IMG/VR virus record: IMGVR_UViG_3300037510_000134
Length of the DNA stretch: 59,256 nucleotides
Direction: 5' to 3' (one strand)
Source: a virus
Lineage: Duplodnaviria > Heunggongvirae > Uroviricota > Caudoviricetes
This document shows, piece by piece, positions 39,296-47,900 of the stretch. Under the pieces are notes generated by a model that had not been told where the DNA came from, did not search any database, and saw nothing but the letters and a program-made list of their open reading frames with translations. The translations under genes were made by a program, and so were the position numbers. How positions within the stretch are numbered: the stretch's first letter is position 1; every line of letters begins with the position of its first letter.

Positions 39296-39489
39296 AAATA
39301 TAATGCAACCATTATGTAGACGGTGTGATAGGTTATATATGGCCGGGTATGCAGAAGGCCAAGCAGACACCGCACCATATAGTAGCTATAGAGAACATTG
39401 GATAGAAAGACAAAAAGAATTTCTCGCGGAAGCTGAAAGACTAACCTGTACATGTAAAACTTAAATCACAATAAATAGGAGGTGAAATA

Positions 39490-39795
39490 ATGAGAAAATA
39501 CATAACATCAAGACCTGGAGTATATCCACTAATCCAATGGGATGGAACTAACATAGAAGAATTTCAAGCTCTTACCGGGAATGATTGGACTTATCTTAGA
39601 TTTAATCCACTATTATTTACAGATAATGATGGAGTTTTAGAAATAAGAGACTCTAATAATTCATTACTTGAGTCATTACCATTAGGGTACTGGTGCGGCG
39701 GTCCAGGGTTTGTAGTAGAGTCTCTACAAGATACAAACGACTCTGTAGTATTGGAAGGCACAGGTCCATTTCGCTATGTAGTAACTGAAGACTGA
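39490..39795 (+). CDS. Hypothetical protein (QWDGTN family, copy 2)
   Basis: RBS AGGAGGTG; paralog of 36931..37239. Confidence 0.85.
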   Translation: MRKYITSRPGVYPLIQWDGTNIEEFQALTGNDWTYLRFNPLLFTDNDGVLEIRDSNNSLLESLPLGYWCGGPGFVVESLQDTNDSVVLEGTGPFRYVVTED

Positions 39796-39841
39796 CTTAT
39801 CATTTCGTAATGCCAAAATAGAAATCATAGAATAGAGAAAT

Positions 39842-40390
39842 ATGTTTGACGGATTATTTAATGCCTTCGGTCAAATAGGCGCTGCCATGGTTGGAAGACC
39901 CGGGGTCGGCGGAGGTAGTAGAAAAGAGAAATCTTTAAGAAAATCTATAAAATTCAACGTGGAGACTTTAAGTCAAATAGAGAAAAGTAAATCTAGAAAT
40001 AAGTATATAGTACAAAATAATTTACTTGACCTAGTAGATAGACAAGTGACAAAGCTTCATCATTTAGAAGACGTACGTGAGCCAGCGAGATATTGGGGAA
40101 TGATATTCGCCTCACTTCTATTACTTGCAGGTGTGGCTATCTTAGGCTACTGGCTGATATTCGTATTGATACTCTATATCTGGATAGATGTTGTATTATG
40201 GATAACTCTGATACCAGTAATATTATTTCTTTTATATGCACTTGGCATGGCAACCTTTAGTAGAAATTTTGTGTTGGATCAACGAGAATCTATCTCATAT
40301 AGACTACGACTTAAAAAATCGAATCCGGAACTGTCCAGAAAAGAAATAAGTAAGAAAGTTAAAAATAGAAAAAATGAAATGCAAGATTAA
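39842..40390 (+). CDS. Membrane protein with two transmembrane segments
   Basis: Long hydrophobic hairpin flanked by basic regions. Confidence 0.75.
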   Translation: MFDGLFNAFGQIGAAMVGRPGVGGGSRKEKSLRKSIKFNVETLSQIEKSKSRNKYIVQNNLLDLVDRQVTKLHHLEDVREPARYWGMIFASLLLLAGVAILGYWLIFVLILYIWIDVVLWITLIPVILFLLYALGMATFSRNFVLDQRESISYRLRLKKSNPELSRKEISKKVKNRKNEMQD

Positions 40391-40793
40391 ATGGTGTACG
40401 GAGGAAGCTCATGAGCATAAAGTGGGCTTCTGCGTACCTCATTATCAACAGCAACTACTATCAAGAGATAGGCCGCGCATTTTGCGCAGTATAGAAGATC
40501 CAAAAGATTACTTTGATAGAATTAAAATTTTAGTAGATGCACCGTACGACAATCTAGATCAATGTTGGATCTGGCCTTATCCTGTAAAGAACAGACGATA
40601 TTGTGAATTTCAGTATGGGGGTCTTAGGGACAAGGTTCATAGATGGTCCTATAGATTATTCCATGGAGATATTCCAGATGGTCTTTATGTATTGCATGCG
40701 TGTGATAGAACGATGTGTTATAACCCCAATCATCTTAGAGTCGGTACACAATCAGATAACATGAATGATAGATGGATACGTACAGGAAAGTAG
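40374..40793 (+). CDS. HNH endonuclease
   Basis: CWIW, VHRWSYRLFHG, VLHACD..CYNPNHL..GTQSDNMND. Confidence 0.9.
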   Translation: MKCKIKWCTEEAHEHKVGFCVPHYQQQLLSRDRPRILRSIEDPKDYFDRIKILVDAPYDNLDQCWIWPYPVKNRRYCEFQYGGLRDKVHRWSYRLFHGDIPDGLYVLHACDRTMCYNPNHLRVGTQSDNMNDRWIRTGK

Positions 40794-41107
40794 CGCACTA
40801 AACTACTTTTTTGTTAGTTCGAATGTTATAAATTTGGTGATTTTCATGAGCTTGAATTTCAAATAAATGATTTCTTTTTGATAGAGCGCACATATACGTT
40901 TGATAACTACGATGATTACATTTGTATTTCGACGTGTTATCACATTTGTATTTCTGTGTAGGGTGGTAATGGATAAATCCACTGTGGACTGTCCTAAGTA
41001 GAAATCCCAAAAGATCTTGAAAAAGAATGGAAGTTGATCTCTATAGGGCTTCCATTGTTGGTGTTCCTTTGATAGACTTGTGTCAGTCGCAAGAAAGGGA
41101 AAAGGAA

Positions 41108-41569
41108 ATGACAATCAGCTCCCCGCGTTCCATCGCTCAAATGGGTTTCGGTCTGTCTCTGGGTATGTCCATCACGTTCAACGTGTGCGGTACAATGCTT
41201 GACACAAACAACCCTGTTGCCCTGGTCATGGGTGGTGCCTACAGCGCCATAGCCCTTGTGGGTGCTGAGGTCATGACCAAGGTCAAGTTCCCTGCTAAGC
41301 CCCGTGGTGCTAAGCGCAACCCTTGGAACATGGTGCGCTATGGCCTGGTAGGGGTGGCTACCTTGTTCAGCATGATCATCACGTTTATGCATGGGTACTC
41401 CACCATGGACAGTTGGGGACAGAACGGCCTGAGCTGTGTATGCGGCCCCCTGTCAGTGGACATGCTCATGGTCCTTTGTGGGTTAGCCCTACTGGTAAGC
41501 CCTGCCACCCGTAAGCGGGCTAAGGCCAAGCCAGCAGCCAAGACGCCACGGCTACGCAAGGTGGCCTAG
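41108..41569 (+). CDS. Four-TM membrane protein with basic tail (DUF2637/SpdA-like)
   Basis: RBS AAAGGA; GC-rich codons; ITFMHG...GPLSVD pattern; family assignment from memory only. Confidence 0.7.
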   Translation: MTISSPRSIAQMGFGLSLGMSITFNVCGTMLDTNNPVALVMGGAYSAIALVGAEVMTKVKFPAKPRGAKRNPWNMVRYGLVGVATLFSMIITFMHGYSTMDSWGQNGLSCVCGPLSVDMLMVLCGLALLVSPATRKRAKAKPAAKTPRLRKVA

Positions 41570-41577
41570 CTCCAAGG

Positions 41578-41606
41578 CAAGCCCCCCGCTACGGCGGGGG
41601 GCTTTT
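41578..41606 (+). terminator. Strong intrinsic terminator
   Basis: GCCCCCCGC-TACG-GCGGGGGGC followed by TTTT; C(UACG)G is a UNCG tetraloop. Confidence 0.9.
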
Positions 41607-41817
41607 GCTATGCCCTCATACTCATACACAGGCCCGTACTGGCCCCTGGCTTGCCCGTAGACAAGATCAATTGTCCTAGACCATGCGAGCTACCCAACAC
41701 ACACCACAAGCGCTCACAGTGCCATACAGCCCCGTTGTTGCTAGGTAACATGTTTGCTCATTGGTTGGTTAATAACCAACCGGGGGTGATCTTGGTAAAT
41801 CCTTAATACTGAAAAAC

Positions 41818-41870
41818 CCCTATATTAAGATGGCCCTATATAAACACTGGCCCTATTACGGAGACCCTAT
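41818..41870. repeat. Four CCCTAT direct repeats
   Basis: Copies at 41818, 41834, 41851 and 41865. Confidence 0.7.
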
Positions 41871-41883
41871 ATAAAGGCCAGGG

Positions 41884-42156
41884 TTATTTAACTATCTTCC
41901 ACAATGTAGATTCAGCTGTCAGTATTGATTTAATGGATATTCCGCTAAGGGTTATTTTGTAATATTTAATTGTGTGTATGTTGTTGTTTATTGTAATCCG
42001 GCGGGAATAGGCATACCCCACTGACATAATAATAGCCTTTCCCCATGGTGTTTCCATATATAGGGCTTTATCCATTAGCTTGTCAGTAGGTAAATATTGG
42101 TTAGCAAGCTGACTTGCCCTTGCTTTTGCAAGTGTGTTTTCGAGATTTATTTTCAA
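41884..42156 (-). CDS. Hypothetical protein
   Basis: TTG start with RBS AGGA; AT-rich and uncertain. Confidence 0.45.
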   Translation of the reverse strand: MKINLENTLAKARASQLANQYLPTDKLMDKALYMETPWGKAIIMSVGYAYSRRITINNNIHTIKYYKITLSGISIKSILTAESTLWKIVK

Positions 42157-42205
42157 AGTGTTTTCCTAGGGTAAAAATGTAATCTGACCTGCGGATCTTT
42201 GATTT

Positions 42206-42400
42206 TTACCTACCCTTAAAATAGCCTATAATCAGCAAAATACAGGCAATTGCTATCAAAATCCATAGTTTTGGGAATGCAATTAGTAAAATAGCCAGGG
42301 GAATAACACACAAAACCAATACACATATAGCAAAAATACCCCCCAAAAGGACAATCCATGCCTTAATAGCTATAGGTACATCCTTAAATAGCCGCCACAT
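42206..42400 (-). CDS. Small membrane protein
   Basis: RBS AAGGAG; almost entirely hydrophobic. Confidence 0.75.
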   Translation of the reverse strand: MWRLFKDVPIAIKAWIVLLGGIFAICVLVLCVIPLAILLIAFPKLWILIAIACILLIIGYFKGR

Positions 42401-42605
42401 ATTGCTCCTTTTTATTGCAATTTAATTGCCTTTTTTGCTAATTTCTATTAACTTATAAGCCTCTGACCTGCATGTTTGTTGTTTTATTTAATTTCGCAAT
42501 CTAATAAAAACATCAAATTTTTCAAATAACCAAACATGTTACCAATAAGTCACCTATAAAGTAGTAATTAGTACAGCTTTAATCTACTTACCTTATTCTA
42601 TATGT

Positions 42606-42845
42606 TTATTTATTGTGTGTTGGGTGTCTTTTATTCCATTCCCTCCCCGCCTTTTCTGTAATTATTGGTAGTAATAGGACTGCTACCATAACCACTACCC
42701 CCGCGCATAGTGGCCATAGCACATCAAAGTAAACAACAATTAGCCATAGCAGGACACCTACCACAAACAACAATGCTGACGACACAATTGCAATAGCGAT
42801 CCACATTGCAATTGTGGCTGGGTTGTTTTTAATCCATTTCCACAT
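42606..42845 (-). CDS. Small two-TM membrane protein
   Basis: RBS GAGG; hydrophobic core with a basic tail. Confidence 0.75.
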   Translation of the reverse strand: MWKWIKNNPATIAMWIAIAIVSSALLFVVGVLLWLIVVYFDVLWPLCAGVVVMVAVLLLPIITEKAGREWNKRHPTHNK

Positions 42846-42935
42846 TTAAACCTCTACATTTAGTTTTACATTTTGTTTAGGCACTGAGCAGTAGAATAAA
42901 CAGCAAAAGCATAATAAAAATGAACAGCATATTTC

Positions 42936-43073
42936 TCACCAATCCGGTTCTGTTAGTTCATGTGTAGGGGGTAGATCAGGCTGTGTGGTGGTAGGACCGA
43001 AGTAGGTAAGCCATAGGCACAACAGCGCACCTATGGCCATCACAAGCCCCACAACTACTTTGACCCTTACCAC
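42936..43073 (-). CDS. Small single-TM protein
   Basis: GTG start at 43073: MVRVKVVVGLVMAIGALLCLWL... Confidence 0.55.
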   Translation of the reverse strand: MVRVKVVVGLVMAIGALLCLWLTYFGPTTTQPDLPPTHELTEPDW

Positions 43074-43204
43074 TCGTAAGGATCGCTGAGCATTGCAATC
43101 AGTAGTGACATGGCGAGAGTTCCCATAAGGAACGCGACAACACCCAACCACACCGAACCATCATTGTTCTGTTCGGCACACTTTTCAGCTACAGCAAGCC
43201 ACAT
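43067..43204 (-). CDS. Small single-TM protein
   Basis: Translated by hand, 45 aa; RBS AGGAG. Confidence 0.65.
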   Translation of the reverse strand: MWLAVAEKCAEQNNDGSVWLGVVAFLMGTLAMSLLIAMLSDPYEW

Positions 43205-43212
43205 GATTACTC

Positions 43213-43422
43213 CTAATTAATGATTGCGTCGCACTGCCAACAATTGATAGCAGCATTGGTAAGTTCTGGTCGTTCTACTGGGATCATTGCCACACCACAT
43301 AGTGGCGCATGGGGATTGTCCGACCCCGGCAAAACGAAATCACAGGCATGCACTACATCGTCATAACGAATGTTTTGCCGATCCTGGTCAATCTCCCAAT
43401 AAAGGTCATCTTTTTCGTCCAT
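43213..43422 (-). CDS. Hypothetical protein (His/Cys motifs)
   Basis: VVHA..LCG..CWQC; TAATG coupling. Confidence 0.7.
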   Translation of the reverse strand: MDEKDDLYWEIDQDRQNIRYDDVVHACDFVLPGSDNPHAPLCGVAMIPVERPELTNAAINCWQCDAIIN

Positions 43423-43727
43423 TAGAATTCCCCGGTAAAGTCATTGCCGCACTGACAGGTCTCTGGGCTCGAACCTTCTAGGATGGCTCTGTCTGCCTCT
43501 GATTCGGCCGTCTGGCCACTGAAAGGCACGGGAAAGTCCTCAGAGTCCACGTAAGCTCTGTCAACGTCCCAGAGACCCGCTAGGAGGCTAAGCAATTCTT
43601 CAGTGCTCTTACCCGTAGTCTGCCAGTATCCCTCGTTCATGAGATTGAGCCTTGCCCATGCCGCTACACACTCCACACACTTGTTCTCGGTATCGTGTGT
43701 GTACCCGGCGATTTCAGCAGTGATCAT
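43422..43727 (-). CDS. Hypothetical protein
   Basis: CVEC..DSEDFP..CQCG; ATGA overlap. Confidence 0.75.
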   Translation of the reverse strand: MITAEIAGYTHDTENKCVECVAAWARLNLMNEGYWQTTGKSTEELLSLLAGLWDVDRAYVDSEDFPVPFSGQTAESEADRAILEGSSPETCQCGNDFTGEF

Positions 43728-43936
43728 GCAAATTGCTCCAATGCGTTTTCAAGTGAGTTATGCATGCCGATACGTATTCCATTGTTACCAAAGCAGACCA
43801 AGGCACCGGATGGCTCGCTAGTAATCCATCCAATACGGTTGCCATAGAAAATATCAAATACCCACCAACGGGGATATGGCTCAGGATCACCAACATTGAC
43901 ATTTGGTGTCGGCACCTTAATAAGAACAAGGTTCAT
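43724..43936 (-). CDS. Hypothetical protein
   Basis: 3' part of track ORF 43724..43978, taken from the internal ATG. Confidence 0.6.
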   Translation of the reverse strand: MNLVLIKVPTPNVNVGDPEPYPRWWVFDIFYGNRIGWITSEPSGALVCFGNNGIRIGMHNSLENALEQFA

Positions 43937-44095
43937 GCGCTCTATCCATTTCTTTTGGTATCCAGCCGAACCAACCACATGAGCAACGCATAAGCTTTGC
44001 AGGTCCGTTCATGCACAATACAAATGGTCGTTCTTCTGTTATTATCCAACCATGCGGACCATGTTCACGTGTTCGATTCTTTGCACGTTGATTCA

Positions 44096-44290
44096 TTAAT
44101 CAGCCGACCCGAATCTTGCACCCATTCGATAAGCCTGGTGAATATCTGCAAGGCGTTGCTGCATATCGTGTGACTCACCATCAATATGTGCAATTGTTGC
44201 GCGGGGTGATCCTTCATCATCGACAACGCTCACAATCAAACTGAACCCTGCCGTAGTTTCGTGCGGTACCATGTAAGCAATCAGCTTCAT
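44096..44290 (-). CDS. Hypothetical protein
   Basis: RBS GGAG; abuts the Fic gene. Confidence 0.7.
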   Translation of the reverse strand: MKLIAYMVPHETTAGFSLIVSVVDDEGSPRATIAHIDGESHDMQQRLADIHQAYRMGARFGSAD

Positions 44291-44713
44291 TTATTCTCCA
44301 AAGTAATTTGGCAATGGTTCAGGACTAGCCCACGTATTAGTAAGCCGTGTGCGGACAATCCACATAAGCCTACCGTTACCGTCTTCATATGGGTGAATCC
44401 AGCCCAATTCTTTTACCCGTGCCTCAATTGGCCAATGCTTGTTCTTAGCCCAATTGTCAATCAATCGATCAATTGTCGACCAGTGTGCACTGTCACCACC
44501 ATTGGCAAAGGTCACAGGAGTACGTCTATAACCCTTGCTGTTTTGTGGTTCGATTTTCGTAGCCACGACGGCTAGCCAATGCCTGTTAAGCGCTCCACCC
44601 GCGTGGAAAGCCCACCTATAGGCATCTAGCAGTCTCACCAGCCCCGCTAGGTCCGTTTGCTGCCTGGCAGCCTCTTGACCCGCTACAGAACCAATTAGAG
44701 CCAAATCAAGCAT
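44291..44713 (-). CDS. Fic/Doc-family protein
   Basis: GYRRTPVTF flap motif and IHPYEDGNGR active-site loop; start set to ATG 44713. Confidence 0.85.
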   Translation of the reverse strand: MLDLALIGSVAGQEAARQQTDLAGLVRLLDAYRWAFHAGGALNRHWLAVVATKIEPQNSKGYRRTPVTFANGGDSAHWSTIDRLIDNWAKNKHWPIEARVKELGWIHPYEDGNGRLMWIVRTRLTNTWASPEPLPNYFGE

Positions 44714-44939
44714 GAGCACGCTCAATCCAGTAGAGATACGGGAAGAGCATAATCCGTCGCGAATCATTGACGGGCTCTTTGTTCCATTCACTCAGTGCGT
44801 ACTCTGCCGTTGGTTCATCCATATCTGTAAGCTCTGATAGCTCTTGAACGATGTAATTGTTTGCCTCATCCCAGCTATCAAAGGTCTCAGGCTGCATTTC
44901 AGGCAAGCAACCCGGCATGTTCCATCCGGCAACCCACAT
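44706..44939 (-). CDS. Hypothetical protein
   Basis: WVAGWNMPGCLPE motif; RBS GAGG. Confidence 0.75.
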   Translation of the reverse strand: MWVAGWNMPGCLPEMQPETFDSWDEANNYIVQELSELTDMDEPTAEYALSEWNKEPVNDSRRIMLFPYLYWIERAHA

Positions 44940-44940
44940 A

Positions 44941-45294
44941 TCAGCCTCTCAATTCGTTATAAGCGTGCTGTGCGTAAATGAATGCTTCGCCCCACGCTAC
45001 GCCGTTGTCCTGTAGAGACTGAAATTCTGCGAATACGGTTCGGGCGTCGGAAGTAAGAGTAAAACCACTAGGCAATTCAACTCCCGAAATGCCGGTGGGA
45101 TATGCATTGTCCATTGCCTTTAGTTGTTCGACAGTCACACCCCAATAGGCAAGGGCACAACCAACACCACAATCAGGCTTGTTATCGCGGACGTATGAGC
45201 AAATACCCTCACCATTCCGATTATTTACATAGTCCTCCCTGCCGGTCTTGATAACCGACAGTGCGTAAATGGCATGCGTGGCGGTAATAATCAT
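44941..45294 (-). CDS. Hypothetical protein
   Basis: CSYV..PDCGVGCAL; RBS GGAG before ATG 45294. Confidence 0.75.
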   Translation of the reverse strand: MIITATHAIYALSVIKTGREDYVNNRNGEGICSYVRDNKPDCGVGCALAYWGVTVEQLKAMDNAYPTGISGVELPSGFTLTSDARTVFAEFQSLQDNGVAWGEAFIYAQHAYNELRG

Positions 45295-45348
45295 TTCGTT
45301 TTCTCCCAATAGATCGCTAAAATGACAATAAAAATAAGTAAGTACATA

Positions 45349-45387
45349 AAAAGACCCCCTAGACTATAAAACTATTTTCCTAGGGCC
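45349..45387 (-). terminator. Probable terminator
   Basis: CCCTAG/CTAGGG stem followed by TTTTT. Confidence 0.5.
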
Positions 45388-45495
45388 AATCTATAAGCGA
45401 ATAAAGGGGAACGGCTACCGGTTTCTAACCCTACCTTAGGCAATTGCAGCTTTATCAGTAGAGGAATTGTCCGGTAACCGAACCTAGTCATTCGC

Positions 45496-46197
45496 TCAGC
45501 TAGCCTGCACGGTCTCCTCAGCGTTGACCGTGACCGACTCAATGGTCAGGTCAGACAGCATGACCGTCTCCCAATTCTCAACAGTCATCAGGTTGGTGGG
45601 CAACCAACCACCCTTGACAGCAGCCGCGTAAACCGTATTGGCCTTACTGGGCCGACCAGTCTTGGCATCCGGCGCAAACTCCCTGATTTCAGCAGGGGTG
45701 ACCGTGACGGACTTCGCCGGGCCGAAACGCACCTTGCCTGGCTTGTCACCCTTGGACTGCGTGCGCTTGACAGTCACGTTGTCCGGGTCCGTCTTGTCCA
45801 GAACGGGAGTCTTGGCCGACACGCGGTAAGCGTTACCCGTGTGCTTTGTCGGTGCGGCGTCGGTAACGCCAAACTCAGCACGGAGAGCAGTAAGGGAAGC
45901 CTCGTAAGCGTCCCTCGCAGCCTGAATAGCAGCCTCACGCGTGGCAATCAGCTCTCGCTTACGCGCGCCATACTCGGATGGCTCGGTGCCCTTGGCATCC
46001 GCCATGGATGCGTAAAAGTACTCCGTGTCAACAATGTGGTGTACGGGGTGAGCGTTGATCGCACGGGCAAGCTTGGCGAACGGCTTACGGCCACGCTCCG
46101 GGACCTCAACACCAAACAGAGTGGCGTAAAGGTTGAACTCCGCAGCGTTGTTGATCGCGATACCCTCCGGGACCTCAAAAGAAAGGTTAGCAGTCAT
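45496..46197 (-). CDS. Highly expressed early protein with a possible Lsr2-like DNA-binding motif
   Basis: RBS GAGGAG; strongly host-like GC3 codons; AEIREFA..KTGRPSKA. Confidence 0.85.
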   Translation of the reverse strand: MTANLSFEVPEGIAINNAAEFNLYATLFGVEVPERGRKPFAKLARAINAHPVHHIVDTEYFYASMADAKGTEPSEYGARKRELIATREAAIQAARDAYEASLTALRAEFGVTDAAPTKHTGNAYRVSAKTPVLDKTDPDNVTVKRTQSKGDKPGKVRFGPAKSVTVTPAEIREFAPDAKTGRPSKANTVYAAAVKGGWLPTNLMTVENWETVMLSDLTIESVTVNAEETVQAS

Positions 46198-46287
46198 TGT
46201 TTCTCCTCTATTGTTTTAAACGATGCTTAGGTGAATGGCATTTTGCCAATCCCACAGTTGCCCATATTGCTATGGGCAGCCATGGCA

Positions 46288-46629
46288 CTAGCACATGCGA
46301 TCATTCAATTCTGCAATTGCCGGGCGAAGCCTTGAAAGATGCTTAGTTTTAGTCGTTTGGCTGTAACCCGCACTAGGCGAATACCAAACGCCATCACCTC
46401 TCAGCCATCCGATAGGCGTTGCATAGGACCACACGACATACTTAATACCGTAATGGAGTAAGTCGCGTTCCATGATTACCCGGTCAGCAGTAGACATTTG
46501 GCCGGTTGACGGCATGACATTGTGTGTCCATTCAGCACCACGAAACTTGTTTGTGCTATTCCTGAATTCCTCACGCTTAGCGAGAATATCTTTCAATTCC
46601 CACCACGTGACATTCTTAACGATTTTCAA
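46288..46629 (-). CDS. Conserved phage hypothetical protein
   Basis: VWSYATPIGW...YSQTT..H; TTG start with RBS GAGG. Confidence 0.8.
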   Translation of the reverse strand: MKIVKNVTWWELKDILAKREEFRNSTNKFRGAEWTHNVMPSTGQMSTADRVIMERDLLHYGIKYVVWSYATPIGWLRGDGVWYSPSAGYSQTTKTKHLSRLRPAIAELNDRMC

Positions 46630-46631
46630 CG

Positions 46632-46883
46632 TTAGACCTCTCGATAAAGCGACAGTGCGTCATTCAGTGATCGAGTGTCGCCTAGGAAGTAGGAATGCAA
46701 ACGACCATTCACGCGATCAACCTTGTTAGCAACAAAGTCACCGGCCATATTGTAAATGATGCCGATTGCATACATTTCTGATTTGGTCTCACTGAACACC
46801 CACCACTTGCCATTAGTCACTGTGGACGGAACGGCAACGCGCGGACCCTGCCTAAGCATTTCCATATCAACCCCTAGCAGCAT
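46632..46883 (-). CDS. Hypothetical protein
   Basis: ORF track; start may be an internal ATG. Confidence 0.65.
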   Translation of the reverse strand: MLLGVDMEMLRQGPRVAVPSTVTNGKWWVFSETKSEMYAIGIIYNMAGDFVANKVDRVNGRLHSYFLGDTRSLNDALSLYREV

Positions 46884-47052
46884 CCAACCAAACAGTTGCT
46901 AGTCGGTGGCTGCGGCGGCGATTCGGTGCGGTGTACAACTCACCAATGGTCAACGATCGGGAATCGCACTTTGTTCCGTCCGATCGATGAACCGTGCTGC
47001 TGTTCAACACCGTCACTCGCCTACCGTGTCGCACACATGCAAGATGCGCCAT
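46867..47052 (-). CDS. Hypothetical protein
   Basis: RBS GAGG upstream; LACVRHG..HRSDGTKC. Confidence 0.6.
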   Translation of the reverse strand: MAHLACVRHGRRVTVLNSSTVHRSDGTKCDSRSLTIGELYTAPNRRRSHRLATVWLDAARG

Positions 47053-47139
47053 AACAGTGCCTCATTTCCTCTCTAACAGGGTCAAAGGGTGGGGGTACAC
47101 TCGGGTACCCCCTAGCCCTTGCGTTCGTCAGTGGCGCTG

Positions 47140-47322
47140 TCAGACAGCCTTAAGGGCCTGTGCGTCAACGATACCCGTACGGGCAAAGTGCTGGTGACCG
47201 ATGATGAATGGCCTACCGCCCGTGGTGTGACCCATGACGACACCGGACAGCACCAGCGCATCCGTGACCTTGCGACCGTTGCCGAACACGCGCTTGCCGT
47301 TGACGTTGTAAGTGATCTTCAT
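47140..47322 (-). CDS. Hypothetical protein
   Basis: RBS GGGAG. Confidence 0.75.
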   Translation of the reverse strand: MKITYNVNGKRVFGNGRKVTDALVLSGVVMGHTTGGRPFIIGHQHFARTGIVDAQALKAV

Positions 47323-47709
47323 TTTGGTTACTCCCTAACGAATTACTAAATTATGTTGGAAATCTATTAACCGAGCTTGGTGTCTGGTGAATCTCCGTCG
47401 TACACGACTTCAAGGGCATGTGCGCGGGATTCGGGTGTGTCTTCGGGCAGCCACAAAACACCACAACCGCCGTAGGGCTCCCATGATTCGTACATTTCTA
47501 CCTCACTGAGTACATAAGTGATAATGCGGCACCGTAAGACATCCCGGTGTTGACTAACGTGCGGAATTCTTCCAAGAAGTTCAACGCCGATTGCTTGCTG
47601 TCATCACTGAACACAACTGAACTCAATGGTTGACACCAAACACCAAATTGGCACCTTGAATTCACCGTGACAATCACAAGCCTGATTGGCAGAGCCGTCA
47701 AGTGCATAG

Positions 47710-47886
47710 TCACTCCGAATCCGGGTAAAAGTGCCAACCACCATCGTGGTAATCGGGCGTGCAACTGTCCTCACTGGGACAACTGGGGACGCGCATGAGG
47801 TCACCAGCGGGCAAGTAAACGAAACCAGCCACAACGGCGAGGACAAGTACAACACCCAAAGCAAGACCGGCAAGGAAGTTTCTCAA
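47710..47886 (-). CDS. Small TM/secreted protein with a CPSEDSC motif
   Basis: Translated by hand from TTG 47886 (RBS GGAG), 58 aa: MRNFLAGLALGVVLVLAVVAGF..SCPSEDSCTPDYHDGGW. Confidence 0.7.
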   Translation of the reverse strand: MRNFLAGLALGVVLVLAVVAGFVYLPAGDLMRVPSCPSEDSCTPDYHDGGWHFYPDSE

Positions 47887-47900
47887 TGTATCTCCAGAGT

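Noticed and set aside
40803-41392. Minus-strand ORFs 40803..41114 and 40994..41392
   Set aside because: No RBS, antisense to a well-supported gene, and partly running through repeat DNA.
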